NCBI GenBank assembly: GCA_018606645.1
Contig: JAGVRI010000003.1
Span: forward strand, 27,322 to 91,321
Reading direction: 5' to 3'
DNA length: 64,000 bases
Source: Chloroflexota bacterium
GTDB lineage: Bacteria; Chloroflexota; Anaerolineae; JAAYZQ01
In this document: piece after piece, positions 10,474-20,070 of the stretch
Layout: the number at the start of each line of letters is the position of its first letter
Position numbering within the stretch: position 1 is the first letter of the stretch
Notes under the pieces: model-generated
What the model was told of the DNA's origin: nothing
Database searches by the model: none
What the model saw: only the letters and a program-made list of their open reading frames with translations
Position numbers and translations under genes: made by a program

Positions 10474-11742
10474 CTACGCGAACCGCTTCCGGAACCTGAG
10501 CAAGCCCGCTGCGAAAAAGACACCGGCCAGGCTGACCATGACCAACACGGTGACCAGCACGTCGCCTATCCCGCCGCCGGCCTGGAGGAGTTGCCAGCCG
10601 CGCACCGCCCAGCCCTGGGGTACCAGAAGGGAGAGGGTATCGAATATCTGCCGGGCCGGGCCGGCCACCTGAGCCGTGAAAATGTTGATCATCCCGAGGT
10701 TCCCCATCACGGTCAGCACTCCTCCGTAGACCAGCCCACCCTGCCGTCTATCTTTGAGGAGCGAAGTGAGGAACAGACCAAAACCGGCCGCCAGGAGGAT
10801 CATGCCGGCTGCCACTCCCATTGCCGGTGCAGGCGATCCCCAATGGACGTGGAAGAGCAATGCAGAGGCGGTGACCAACATGACGACCTGGAGGATCAAG
10901 GTGACCAAGGTGGCCACCATCCGGCCCGCCAGGATGGCGGAGATAGGGGTGGGCGTGGTGAACAACCGGGCCAGGGTCCCGGCTTCCTCTTCGGCGAGGA
11001 GATTCTCGGCGGAGGCTGCCCCGGTAAAGAATACGAAAAAGACCATCATCCCGGCCATGATCAGGCTGACGATGCGGGAACGGACGTCCTCACTCCCGGG
11101 CTCAACGGCAGGACGATGGATCTCAAGCAGGGCACTGGTCTCCTGCTGTTGATGTGCCCCCAGGGCTGCGGCCCAGCGGCCATATTCCACCGCTATCGCC
11201 TGCGATGTCGCTGCATCTATGGGGTGTCCGTATCGGGCCAACTGCGCGGTGACCACGTTGGCCGCGATGTTGCTTCCGATCAACCCATCTACGAACTGGC
11301 CGATGATCCCGCTGACGATGCCCGGCCCCAGAGTCAAGGTTGGATCCTGGTAGAGCTCCACGACGGCGCGCTCACCGGGTCGGACCAGAGCGGCGGTCAG
11401 GTCAGCCGGCAAGATGACGGCCAGCCCTGCCTGTTGTTGGTCCACCACACGGCGGGCGGTGACAGCGTCGGCCACCTCGCTCACCGCCAGGATTTCCTTA
11501 AAGTCCTCGGCCTTGAGGAAATTGAGCAGAAGCTGTCCGGCCGAAAAGCCATTCACCGGAGAGTCAAGATTTGCCACGACGACCTGGGTCACGGGCAGGT
11601 CAAAACCGCCATCACCCAACCCGCCGAAGGCAAAGAAAAAGATGCCGCTGGTCAGCAGCGGAACAGCCAGCCCAAAGACCCACACCGAGAAGCTGCGGGA
11701 AGAACGGAGCAGGTCCTTACGGGCAATATCCAGCGTCTTCAT
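10474..11742 (-). CDS. ABC-2 family transporter permease
   Basis: Paralog of the downstream permease (MKTLDIARKDLLRS...); large extracytoplasmic loop then TM core. Confidence 0.75.
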   Translation of the reverse strand: MKTLDIARKDLLRSSRSFSVWVFGLAVPLLTSGIFFFAFGGLGDGGFDLPVTQVVVANLDSPVNGFSAGQLLLNFLKAEDFKEILAVSEVADAVTARRVVDQQQAGLAVILPADLTAALVRPGERAVVELYQDPTLTLGPGIVSGIIGQFVDGLIGSNIAANVVTAQLARYGHPIDAATSQAIAVEYGRWAAALGAHQQQETSALLEIHRPAVEPGSEDVRSRIVSLIMAGMMVFFVFFTGAASAENLLAEEEAGTLARLFTTPTPISAILAGRMVATLVTLILQVVMLVTASALLFHVHWGSPAPAMGVAAGMILLAAGFGLFLTSLLKDRRQGGLVYGGVLTVMGNLGMINIFTAQVAGPARQIFDTLSLLVPQGWAVRGWQLLQAGGGIGDVLVTVLVMVSLAGVFFAAGLLRFRKRFA

Positions 11743-11752
11743 GGTGGCTGCC

Positions 11753-12730
11753 TTACTCATCCCGCAAGGCACGACCGGTGAGGTGGAGGAACACTGCCTC
11801 CAGGTTGGGCTCCTGGATGGTGACCGAGGTTATTCGCACCCCGGCCTGAGTCGCCGATTCGAACAGGCGGGGCAACACCAGGTTACTATCATCCACCAGC
11901 AAGGTGACGGTTCTCTCGCCATCAGTAGCCTGGGGGTGACTCGGGGCTCCAACGATCACCTTCTGCACTCCGGGAATCTGTTGCCACCGGTCGGTCACCC
12001 AGTCGGGCAGGGCGTTGAGCGTCAGGTCCACCCGGTCCAGTTCGCCCACGATCTGGACCAGATCCTGGTGGGTGCCCTGGGCGATGATCCGGCCCTGGTC
12101 CATGATGGCGATCTGGTCGGAAAGTTCCTGGGCCTCTTCCATGTAATGGGTTGTGTAGAGGACGGTCATCCCCTGGCGATTCAGTTCTTTGACACTGTCA
12201 AGGATGTTACGACGAGTCTGGGGATCAATCCCGACCGTCGGTTCGTCCATGATGATCACCTGGGGGCGGTGGAGCAGGGCGATGCCAATGTTCAACCGAC
12301 GCTTCATGCCGCCTGAGAACTTGGCCACACGGCCCTTCTGCCGGTCAGCCAGACCGATAATCTCCAGCACCTCATCCACCCGCTGCCGGAGTGCTGCTCC
12401 GCGCAAGCCAACCATCTTGCCCCAAAAATCGAGGTTCTCGCGGGCCGACAGGTCCTCATACAGCGCAATTTCCTGGGGGACGACACCGATGGCCGCTTTG
12501 ACGGCCATCGGTTCGCGCTGCACTGAGTGGCCCATCACCAGGGCATCCCCGCTGGTGGGTTGTAGCAGGCAGGAAAGGATCGAGATGGTGGTACTCTTGC
12601 CGGCGCCGTTGGGTCCCAGCAGGCTAAAGATCTGGCCAGCCGGGACCGTGAAACTGATCCCCTTTACGGCATGAAGATCGCCGAATCGTTTGTGCAGGTC
12701 GCGGACCTGGATGGCGGGTTGTCCGTTCAT
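11753..12730 (-). CDS. ABC transporter ATP-binding protein
   Basis: Walker A GPNGAGKST, signature LSGGMKRR, Walker B IIMDEPT; heads a 3-gene operon with the two permeases. Confidence 0.9.
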   Translation of the reverse strand: MNGQPAIQVRDLHKRFGDLHAVKGISFTVPAGQIFSLLGPNGAGKSTTISILSCLLQPTSGDALVMGHSVQREPMAVKAAIGVVPQEIALYEDLSARENLDFWGKMVGLRGAALRQRVDEVLEIIGLADRQKGRVAKFSGGMKRRLNIGIALLHRPQVIIMDEPTVGIDPQTRRNILDSVKELNRQGMTVLYTTHYMEEAQELSDQIAIMDQGRIIAQGTHQDLVQIVGELDRVDLTLNALPDWVTDRWQQIPGVQKVIVGAPSHPQATDGERTVTLLVDDSNLVLPRLFESATQAGVRITSVTIQEPNLEAVFLHLTGRALRDE

Positions 12731-12822
12731 GGTTGCTCCTTAGTGTCCCTCGATTATTATACTCACAAGGTCTGGAAAAGCAAGCGGGCAGTTGGGGCTG
12801 TTTCAGAGTTCGGCACCCGGTG

Positions 12823-12880
12823 GGAGTGGAGGCTTTAGCCGGAAGGGAATTGCGCAGAATCCAGCGAAAGCTTCCGCTCC
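12823..12880. repeat. family A palindromic element, long-loop degenerate copy
   Basis: ggagtggaggctttagccgg ...21 nt... gcgaaagcttccgctcc in the ABC/GerW intergenic region. Confidence 0.55.
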
Positions 12881-13067
12881 TGGGCCGTTCCGCAACCCCG
12901 CAGCCGGCTTGGCGACAGCCGCACACCCGGTGGTCCTCTCACACGGCTGAATGGGAAGGCTTCCCATGCCGGCATCAAATGCATCCGTTTTGACAGATAC
13001 AGGCTTTTCGTCTATAGTCTCTTTCGTTCATGGATGATGGTCTAGCAAGTCATGATCAGGAGGACTC

Positions 13068-13430
13068 GTGGCAGAGACAACTCGAAAGGCGGTCAGACCC
13101 AGGCCGTTCCGCAGTGAGATCGTCCGCGGCGAACCCACCCAGGTGGGCGAGCGAGCCTTGATCCCGGTGGCTCGTATCCGCTCATTCGGTCGCGCCAAGG
13201 GGATGGTGGGCGCTCACCGATTCGGGGGCTGGGGAGTGGGAGCCGCCCAGATCACACCGTTGGCCGTGATCGACACGAGCGAACGGGCTGAACGGACCAT
13301 CCCGATTGTGGATGGGACCGCACAGGCCTTGCGGTGGATGATTGCCTGGGCTGCGGCCATCACCCTATTACTGGCGGTGATCCGGCGACAGGTCCGGCAC
13401 CGGCGATCCCAAAGGGGAGGGCTCGCATGA
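13068..13430 (+). CDS. GerW/YtfJ-family protein
   Basis: GTG start with AGGAGG RBS 4 nt upstream; pattern ...IPVARI..FG.GGG..I.P.AVI and C-terminal TM; weaker match than its neighbour. Confidence 0.55.
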   Translation: MAETTRKAVRPRPFRSEIVRGEPTQVGERALIPVARIRSFGRAKGMVGAHRFGGWGVGAAQITPLAVIDTSERAERTIPIVDGTAQALRWMIAWAAAITLLLAVIRRQVRHRRSQRGGLA

Positions 13431-13452
13431 GACATCGGCGAAGGAGAGGCTC

Positions 13453-13848
13453 ATGATTCTGAATCAACTGTTCGACAAGATTGACCAGGTACGGGAAACG
13501 GCCAACTGGCAGGCCGCCTTTGGTCCACCGCAGGTTGTGGAGGGGAAGACGATCATCCCGGTAGCCCAGGTCAGCTATCTCTTTGGACTGGGGTTTGGCA
13601 GCGTGCTCGGCCCTGAAGCGGAAACCGAATCGGTTGGCGGCAGTCAGGGCGGCGGCGAGGGCGGAGGCGCCTCGACGAAACCGCTGGGAGCGATCGTCGT
13701 TACTCCGGATCGGGTCTATTTTGAACCGGTCCTGGATATGGGCAAGATCGCCTCGTTCGGGCTCGGTCTGGCGGCCCTGCTGCTGTTTCAACTGTCCCGG
13801 ACCATCCGCCTTGTCCTGGGACGGAAGGCAAGTCGGGCTGTTCGCTGA
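13453..13848 (+). CDS. GerW/YtfJ-family protein (Spore_YtfJ-like)
   Basis: ...GKTIIPVAQVSYLFGLGFG...GGGEGGGAS...GAIVVTP matches YtfJ/GerW signature; RBS AAGGAGAGG. Confidence 0.7.
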   Translation: MILNQLFDKIDQVRETANWQAAFGPPQVVEGKTIIPVAQVSYLFGLGFGSVLGPEAETESVGGSQGGGEGGGASTKPLGAIVVTPDRVYFEPVLDMGKIASFGLGLAALLLFQLSRTIRLVLGRKASRAVR

Positions 13849-13853
13849 CCAGA

Positions 13854-15170
13854 GTGTCAAGGGCCGCTATGGAGGGCTCCTGGTATCTGGGAGTGGCGCT
13901 GGCCCTGCTGGGGATCAGCATTGTCCTTGGAACCGGCCAGCTCGCCGTGCTTTATCCGCCAACTGGGGTCGAAACATCGAGACCATGGGGGACGGAAGGG
14001 TTGGAATTCTCATCCACGGTGCTGAACTCGGTCGGTCCATCCTGGCCGTTGACCCATTCGAACCAGGCCTTTCTGCCGCTGGTGGAGCGGGGGTTCAGGC
14101 TGACCCCGCCGGCGCATCTGGGGTATGGAGCCAACATTGCTGCTTCCGACCACGTCATCAGCCTGACGGCGATGGGGTTCGACTGGGCCAAGGGGTATGT
14201 CAAGTGGCAGGATGCAGGCTCCGGTCCCCAGTATGATTGGACGGCGGTGGATAACCAACTGCGTGAGTTTGTGCCCCGCGTCTCTCATGTCCTGTTGCGT
14301 TTGGATGGGCCTCCTCCGCCGGGTGTGGGCAACCCTCCGGTATCGGCCGGGGATCTGGCCGCTTTCCAGGCTTTCGCCCAGGCGTTGGCGGTCCATGTGG
14401 CCACCACCTGGCGCAGCCGGGGCCTGAGCACCATTGCCTACGAGATCTGGAACGAACCGAACCTCGGCGATGAATGGGGTGGAACGCCGAACGCCGCCCA
14501 ATATACCGCTCTCCTGCGCGCCGGCTATCAGGGCGTCAAGGCCGGCGACTCTCAGGCGATCGTGGTCAGCGCTGGCCTGGCTACGACCGGTGGTTCTCGC
14601 GCCGATCTTGCCCTGGCGCGGCGCCTCTACGGCGTGGATGCGGTTGTCCCTGATCTGACGTTTCTGCGGAATATGTACAAGAACGGGGCCAAGGGTTATT
14701 TCGACGCGTTGGGCAGCCATCCCTATGGCGGCCCGAATCCGCCCGACACTCCGCCGGGTTCCGCCACGGGGCCCATCTATTTCCGCCGCGCTGAAGAACA
14801 GCGCCAGGTGATGCTTGACTATGGGGACAGTTCACCGGTGTGGGCCACCGAATTTGGCTGGGTGTTGGAGACCGAATGCGACCTGGGAGAGCATGAGTGG
14901 ATGGAGGTGAGCGAGGCCCAACAGGCTGAGTACCTGGCGGCCGCCTATGCCTATGCCGATGAGCAGTGGCCGTGGATGGGGCCGATGTTCCTGTTCAACC
15001 TCGATTTCGCCACGGTTTACTGGTATCGCGAGTGCGATCCGATGCGATGGTATTCGATTACCTATCGCCAGAACCCATACGATCCGGGGAATTCTCCGGT
15101 GCTGCCCCGGCTGGCTTTTGAGACGCTGAAGGCCATGCCCAAGCGTTCGGCATGGACATCTTATGATTGA
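13854..15170 (+). CDS. membrane-anchored glycoside hydrolase, GH5-like (cellulase superfamily)
   Basis: N-terminal TM anchor; EIWNEPN acid/base motif and TEFGW nucleophile motif of clan GH-A; GTG start at 13854, alternative ATG at 13869. Confidence 0.6.
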   Translation: MSRAAMEGSWYLGVALALLGISIVLGTGQLAVLYPPTGVETSRPWGTEGLEFSSTVLNSVGPSWPLTHSNQAFLPLVERGFRLTPPAHLGYGANIAASDHVISLTAMGFDWAKGYVKWQDAGSGPQYDWTAVDNQLREFVPRVSHVLLRLDGPPPPGVGNPPVSAGDLAAFQAFAQALAVHVATTWRSRGLSTIAYEIWNEPNLGDEWGGTPNAAQYTALLRAGYQGVKAGDSQAIVVSAGLATTGGSRADLALARRLYGVDAVVPDLTFLRNMYKNGAKGYFDALGSHPYGGPNPPDTPPGSATGPIYFRRAEEQRQVMLDYGDSSPVWATEFGWVLETECDLGEHEWMEVSEAQQAEYLAAAYAYADEQWPWMGPMFLFNLDFATVYWYRECDPMRWYSITYRQNPYDPGNSPVLPRLAFETLKAMPKRSAWTSYD

Positions 15171-15185
15171 GGAAGATCGTCGCTG

Positions 15186-16907
15186 ATGTTGACGCAACTG
15201 ATCCATCGAGGCGTGGTTGTCCCTGAACCTCCTTCGCCCCGTGGCCTGAAGCTCATCATCCGGGGGGAGTGGGTGGAACTCACTCCCAAACAGGAGGAGA
15301 TGGCGCTGGCCTGGGCCAAGAAACAGGGCACTCCGTATGTCGAGGACCCAGTATTTGTCCGGAACTTCATGCAGGACTTTAGTCAGGCGCTGGGCATTCA
15401 TCCGCCCCTCCGGGTTGAGGAGGTAGATTGGAGCCCGGCCATCCAGATTGTGGAGGAGGAGCGACGGGCCAGGGAGCAGATGAGTCGGGAGGAACGCAAG
15501 GCGCTGGCCGCCGAGCGCAAGGCCAAGCGGGAGGCCCTTCGTGAGCAGTATGGGTATGCCATCGTGAATGGCGAGCGGGTAGAGCTGGGCAATTATCTGG
15601 TGGAGCCAAGCGGCATCTTTATGGGACGCGGCGAACATCCCCTCCGCGGTCGGTGGAAGGAAGGGGTGCGCCAGGAAGAGATTACGTTGAACCTCAGCCC
15701 CGACGCTCCCCGGCCGCCTGGCGAGTGGGGCGAGATCGTCTGGCAACCGGAATCGCTGTGGGTGGCCCGCTGGCAGGACAAGCTCTCGGGCAAGCTCAAA
15801 TATGTCTGGCTGAGCGACACCGCGCCGATCAAGCAACAGCGGGAGGCGCAAAAGTTTGACCGGGCGCATGCGTTGCACGCCCATCTGGATAAAGTCCGGG
15901 CGCAGATCCAGCGGGATCTGTCCGATCCGGACCCCAAGCGGCGCAAGCTGGCCACCGTGTGCGCCCTGATCGATCTGCTCTGTCTGCGAGTCGGTGACGA
16001 AAAGGACCCCGATGAGGCCGATACGGTCGGGGCGACTACGCTGCGACCGGAACATGTAAAGCTTCGGTCCGATGGGACGGCCGAGTTCCGGTTCCTGGGC
16101 AAAGATTCGGTCCTGTGGCACAAGACGGTGGCTCTGCCGGAAGAGGTACGCCGAAATCTGGAAGAGTTGATCCAGACCGCCCGTCCGCCCAACGTCAATG
16201 GCAAGAACAACCGGAACCGCAACGACGAAAAGCCGCAACTGTTTCCGGATATCAGCAGCCGCGACGTGAACGCCTATCTGTCGGGCATCCTGCCCGGCCT
16301 GACGGCCAAGGTGTTCCGCACCCATCATGCGACAATGACGGTGCGCGAGAGCCTGGAACGATCCGAGGTCAAACCGGACGATCCAGAGCATGTCAAATGG
16401 GAAGCGGCCAGCCGGGCCAACTACCAGGCGGCGGTGTTGTGCAACCACACCAAAAAGGCTCCAGCGACCTGGGACCGCAGTCGCCAGCGGTTTCAGGAGC
16501 GACGCCAGAAGGCCGAAGCGCGGGTCCAGGACTGCCGGGCGCGGGTCAAGCAGGAGCGCGAGACCCTGCTGGCGCTGCGACAGGAGGCGCGGGCCGCTCA
16601 GAACCCGCGGACCCAGGCCCGGCTGCGGAAGCAGATCGAGGCGGCCGAGCGCCGATTGAACCAGGCCAAAGAAGCGCTGGAGCGGGCGCGGTTGGCCCTG
16701 GATCGGATCAAAGCGCAGAGTTCGGTGGCGGCGATGAAGCGAACCTGGAATCTGGGCACCAGCCTGAAATCATACATTGACCCCCGGGTCTACTATGAGT
16801 GGGGGCAGCAGGTCGGCTATGATGTGCTGGAGCGCTACTATCCGGCCGCACTGCGGAACAAGTTTGCCTGGGTGCGAAACGACACCGAGGACCAGGAAGG
16901 GGAATGA
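15186..16907 (+). CDS. DNA topoisomerase IB, eukaryotic-type with N-terminal DNA-binding domain
   Basis: N-terminal segment aligns to eukaryotic Top1 core (VELTPKQEEMALAWAKK...FVRNFMQDF vs KLSPKAEEVATFFAKM...FRKNFFKDW); catalytic region RTHHATM and LGTSLKSYIDPRV (active-site Tyr in SKxxY). Confidence 0.85.
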   Translation: MLTQLIHRGVVVPEPPSPRGLKLIIRGEWVELTPKQEEMALAWAKKQGTPYVEDPVFVRNFMQDFSQALGIHPPLRVEEVDWSPAIQIVEEERRAREQMSREERKALAAERKAKREALREQYGYAIVNGERVELGNYLVEPSGIFMGRGEHPLRGRWKEGVRQEEITLNLSPDAPRPPGEWGEIVWQPESLWVARWQDKLSGKLKYVWLSDTAPIKQQREAQKFDRAHALHAHLDKVRAQIQRDLSDPDPKRRKLATVCALIDLLCLRVGDEKDPDEADTVGATTLRPEHVKLRSDGTAEFRFLGKDSVLWHKTVALPEEVRRNLEELIQTARPPNVNGKNNRNRNDEKPQLFPDISSRDVNAYLSGILPGLTAKVFRTHHATMTVRESLERSEVKPDDPEHVKWEAASRANYQAAVLCNHTKKAPATWDRSRQRFQERRQKAEARVQDCRARVKQERETLLALRQEARAAQNPRTQARLRKQIEAAERRLNQAKEALERARLALDRIKAQSSVAAMKRTWNLGTSLKSYIDPRVYYEWGQQVGYDVLERYYPAALRNKFAWVRNDTEDQEGE

Positions 16908-18259
16908 ATCGGCCCTATTCTCTCGGCCACTCGCCTCATGGCGAGACAGCGATGGCGCTGTTGCAGGCGGCGCTGGCCGCGGTTGAGCCAGGCCGGGCGG
17001 TCCACCGGTACGTCCGCCGCGAGGGAGATCGGCTGACGGTCGCCAACCAGGACTATGACCTGGCGGCTATCGAACGGGTGTGGGTGGTGGGAAGCGGGAA
17101 GGCGGCGACCGCGATGGCCGCCGCGCTGTACACTATCCTGGGCGAGCGGTTGACGGGCGGCCTGGTCGTAACCAAGTATGGCCATGCCGATCCTCGCCTC
17201 GCCACCGGTCCGGTGGAAGTGGTCGAAGGTGGACATCCCCTGCCGGACGAGGCGGGGTTGGCCGGGACCCAACGCCTGGTCCAACTCCTGGCTCAGGCGC
17301 AAGAGCACGATCTGGTGTTTGTGGTCCTTTCAGGAGGCGGATCGGCGTTGTTGACCTTGCCGGCCGAGGGCCTGAGCCTGGCCGACCTGCAACGGACGAC
17401 CGACCTCTTGCTGCGCAGCGGGGCGACCATTGGCGAACTGAACGCAGTGCGCAAGCATCTCTCACAGGTCAAGGGAGGTGAACTGGCCCGCCGCGCCGGT
17501 CAGGCTGAGGTGGTGGGCCTGATCCTCTCCGATGTCGTCGGCGACCCGCTGGATACCATCGCTTCGGGCCCTACCGCTCCGGACCCGACCACCTTTGCCG
17601 ACGCCTGGAGCGTGCTGGAGAGGTATGGGTTGACCGGGCAGGTGCCCGGGGCCGTGCGCGCCCGGCTCCAGGCCGGGTTAAGGGGTGAGGTGCCCGAGAC
17701 GCCCAAGCCCGGTGCGGCGCTCTTTGACCGGGTGCAGAATGTGATCGTCGGCAGCAACCGCCAGGCAGCCGAGGCTGCGGTCGAGACGGCGCGAGGCTGG
17801 GGGTATCATGCCCTGCTGCTTTCGACCTTTGTCGAGGGAGAAGCGCGCCAGGTGGCGCGGGTGGCGGCAGCGCTGGCCAAAGAGCTGGTGCACTATCATC
17901 GGCCGGTACCACGTCCCGCCTGTCTGGTGTGGGGTGGTGAGACGACGGTCACGGTGAGCGGACACGGCCTGGGTGGACGGAATCAGGAGCTGGCGCTGGC
18001 CGCGGCTCTGGCGATGGACGGCCTGCCCGACGTGCTGCTCATCGCCGTGGGCACGGATGGCACGGATGGCCCTACGGACGCTGCGGGGGCAGTCGCCACG
18101 GGCGAGACGGTGGCGCGGGCGCGAGCCATGGGGCTGGATGCCGCCGCCTACCTGGCCGACAACAACGCCTACCCCTTTTTTGACCAGTTGGGGGACCTGC
18201 TCCGGACTGGACCGACCGGGACCAACGTCAACGATCTGCTGTTCCTTCTGGCCGGGTAG
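16904..18259 (+). CDS. glycerate kinase (MOFRL family)
   Basis: MOFRL/glycerate-2-kinase-like; ATGA overlap with topoisomerase stop suggests translational coupling. Confidence 0.8.
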   Translation: MNRPYSLGHSPHGETAMALLQAALAAVEPGRAVHRYVRREGDRLTVANQDYDLAAIERVWVVGSGKAATAMAAALYTILGERLTGGLVVTKYGHADPRLATGPVEVVEGGHPLPDEAGLAGTQRLVQLLAQAQEHDLVFVVLSGGGSALLTLPAEGLSLADLQRTTDLLLRSGATIGELNAVRKHLSQVKGGELARRAGQAEVVGLILSDVVGDPLDTIASGPTAPDPTTFADAWSVLERYGLTGQVPGAVRARLQAGLRGEVPETPKPGAALFDRVQNVIVGSNRQAAEAAVETARGWGYHALLLSTFVEGEARQVARVAAALAKELVHYHRPVPRPACLVWGGETTVTVSGHGLGGRNQELALAAALAMDGLPDVLLIAVGTDGTDGPTDAAGAVATGETVARARAMGLDAAAYLADNNAYPFFDQLGDLLRTGPTGTNVNDLLFLLAG

Positions 18260-18306
18260 GAAGGCGCCGAATGCCACGCTGCTAAGAGAAAGGAAGGGAA
18301 AGGACG

Positions 18307-18690
18307 ATGCGCACGATCACGATCCGCATTGGCGAGGTAACCGCTCAGGCGGTGCTGTACGAGAACCCGACGGCCGAGGCCATCTGGGCCGCTTTGCCGT
18401 TCAGCGCGCGGGGAAACCGATGGGGCGACGAGATCTATTTCGAGGTCCCAGTCCGGTTGCCCCAGGCAGCGGATGCCCGCGACCTCCTGGAAGCGGGGGA
18501 ATTGGGCTATTGGCCGGTGGGCCACGCCTTTTGTATCTTCTGGGGACCTACCCCCGCCAGTCGCGGCGATGAGATCCGCGCCTACAGCCCGGTCAACGTC
18601 TTTGGCCGGCTGGAAGGCGATCCATGCGTTTTTGAGACGACGCCCGATGGGGCCGTGGTCATCGTCGAGCGCCAGGAGGGAGCGAAATGA
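18307..18690 (+). CDS. cyclophilin-like fold protein (DUF, PF04126-like)
   Basis: 127 aa, pattern consistent with the cyclophilin-like family of unknown function. Confidence 0.55.
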   Translation: MRTITIRIGEVTAQAVLYENPTAEAIWAALPFSARGNRWGDEIYFEVPVRLPQAADARDLLEAGELGYWPVGHAFCIFWGPTPASRGDEIRAYSPVNVFGRLEGDPCVFETTPDGAVVIVERQEGAK

Positions 18691-19703
18691 GCCGGAAACC
18701 GAACGTTTGGGTCACGCGCCTCATCCCCGAAGGCGGCCTGGAGCTGATCCGTGAGGCGTGCGAGGTGGAGGTCTGGACGGAGGAACTGCCGCCGCCTCGG
18801 GAAGTGCTCCTGGAGAAGGTGCGGGGCCGGGATGGTTTGCTCTGTCTGCTCACCGATCGGATCGACGCAGCGGTGATGGACGCGGCCGGTCCAAGCCTGA
18901 AGGTGATCAGCAACCTGGCGGTGGGCTATGACAACGTGGATGTGGCGGCGGCGACGGCGCGGGGCATCCCGGTGGGCAATACGCCGGGGGTGCTGACCGA
19001 GACGACGGCCGACATGGCCTTTGCCTTGCTCATGGCTGCGGCGCGGCGCATTGTGGAAGGGGTTGACTATGTGCGGGCCGGCCGGTGGCGGACCTGGGGA
19101 CCGATGCTGCTGCTGGGCTACGACGTGCATGGGGCTACGCTGGGGATCGTGGGCATGGGCCGCATCGGTCAGGCGGTCGCGCGGCGGGCCGCCGGCTTTG
19201 AGATGCGCATTCTCTATTTTGATCCCTACTGCGACCCTGGCAAGATTCCACCGGGGATCGAGGCGACGTGCTGCACCCTGGAAGAACTCCTGGCCGAGGC
19301 CGATTTCGTCAGTCTGCATGTTCCTCTCACCCCAGAAACCTATCGCCTGATCAACGCCGAGAGACTGGCCCAAATGAAGCCTACGGCGGTGTTGGTCAAC
19401 ACCTCGCGCGGACCGGTGGTGGATACCGAGGCGCTCTATCAGGCGCTGGCCTCGGGTCAGATCGCGTACGCCGCGCTGGATGTGACCGATCCGGAACCGT
19501 TGCCGGCGGACCACAAGCTGCTGACGCTGCCCAACTGCCTGGTGGTGCCGCACATTGCCAGTGCGAGCTGGGCGACGCGGACGCGGATGGCGCAGATGGC
19601 GGCGGAGAATCTGATGGCCGGGCTGCGGGGAGAGCGGCTGCCCCATTGCGTGAACCCTGAGGTGTACGGTTCCCAGCCGGGGCAATCGGAACCTGAGCGG
19701 TAG
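18687..19703 (+). CDS. D-isomer specific 2-hydroxyacid dehydrogenase (glyoxylate/hydroxypyruvate reductase-like)
   Basis: NAD-binding GxGxxG (GIVGMGRIG), catalytic R/E/H arrangement; 4-nt overlap with upstream gene. Confidence 0.85.
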   Translation: MSRKPNVWVTRLIPEGGLELIREACEVEVWTEELPPPREVLLEKVRGRDGLLCLLTDRIDAAVMDAAGPSLKVISNLAVGYDNVDVAAATARGIPVGNTPGVLTETTADMAFALLMAAARRIVEGVDYVRAGRWRTWGPMLLLGYDVHGATLGIVGMGRIGQAVARRAAGFEMRILYFDPYCDPGKIPPGIEATCCTLEELLAEADFVSLHVPLTPETYRLINAERLAQMKPTAVLVNTSRGPVVDTEALYQALASGQIAYAALDVTDPEPLPADHKLLTLPNCLVVPHIASASWATRTRMAQMAAENLMAGLRGERLPHCVNPEVYGSQPGQSEPER

Positions 19704-19704
19704 C

Positions 19705-20007
19705 GGCGGAAGCCTCGACTATCTGGCCTGCGGCCGTGCGTCCCCCGGCAGAGACTTGACCCCCACCTAACCTCCCCCGTCAAGGGGGAGGGACTCGGAT
19801 CCCCCCTCCCCTGGTGGGAGGGGTGGGGGGAGGGGGCCGGTGGAAACGCGTCCGCAGCGGTCTATTTTCGGAGAAGTAGCCAGGCCCGGCTGGGCGCCAC
19901 GAGGGATGAGACTCGGGGCCTGTCAACGAATGGGAAACGAATCAACGAATGGACGCAGCTCCGGGTGGGGGAGTGGAGGCTCTAGGCGGCTGACCGGCTA
20001 AAGGGGG
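19705..20007. repeat. composite intergenic repeat region (family A half copy, G4/C-rich palindrome motif, degenerate family A copy)
   Basis: 19705-19723 ggcggaagcctcgactatc; 19771-19791 cctccccc-gtcaa-gggggagg hairpin; 19815-19836 gggaggggtggggggaggggg; 19970-20007 ggagtggaggctctaggcggctgaccggctaaaggggg. Confidence 0.6.
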
Positions 20008-20070
20008 CGACCGGGCCGGTCGCCCCTACGCTCCCCGCGCGGGGGGAGCGCTCGATTTTCGGGGGAACTG

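Noticed and set aside
19923-19951. Short direct repeat caacgaatgg x2
   Set aside because: Only 10 bp, probably chance within the composite intergenic repeat region.
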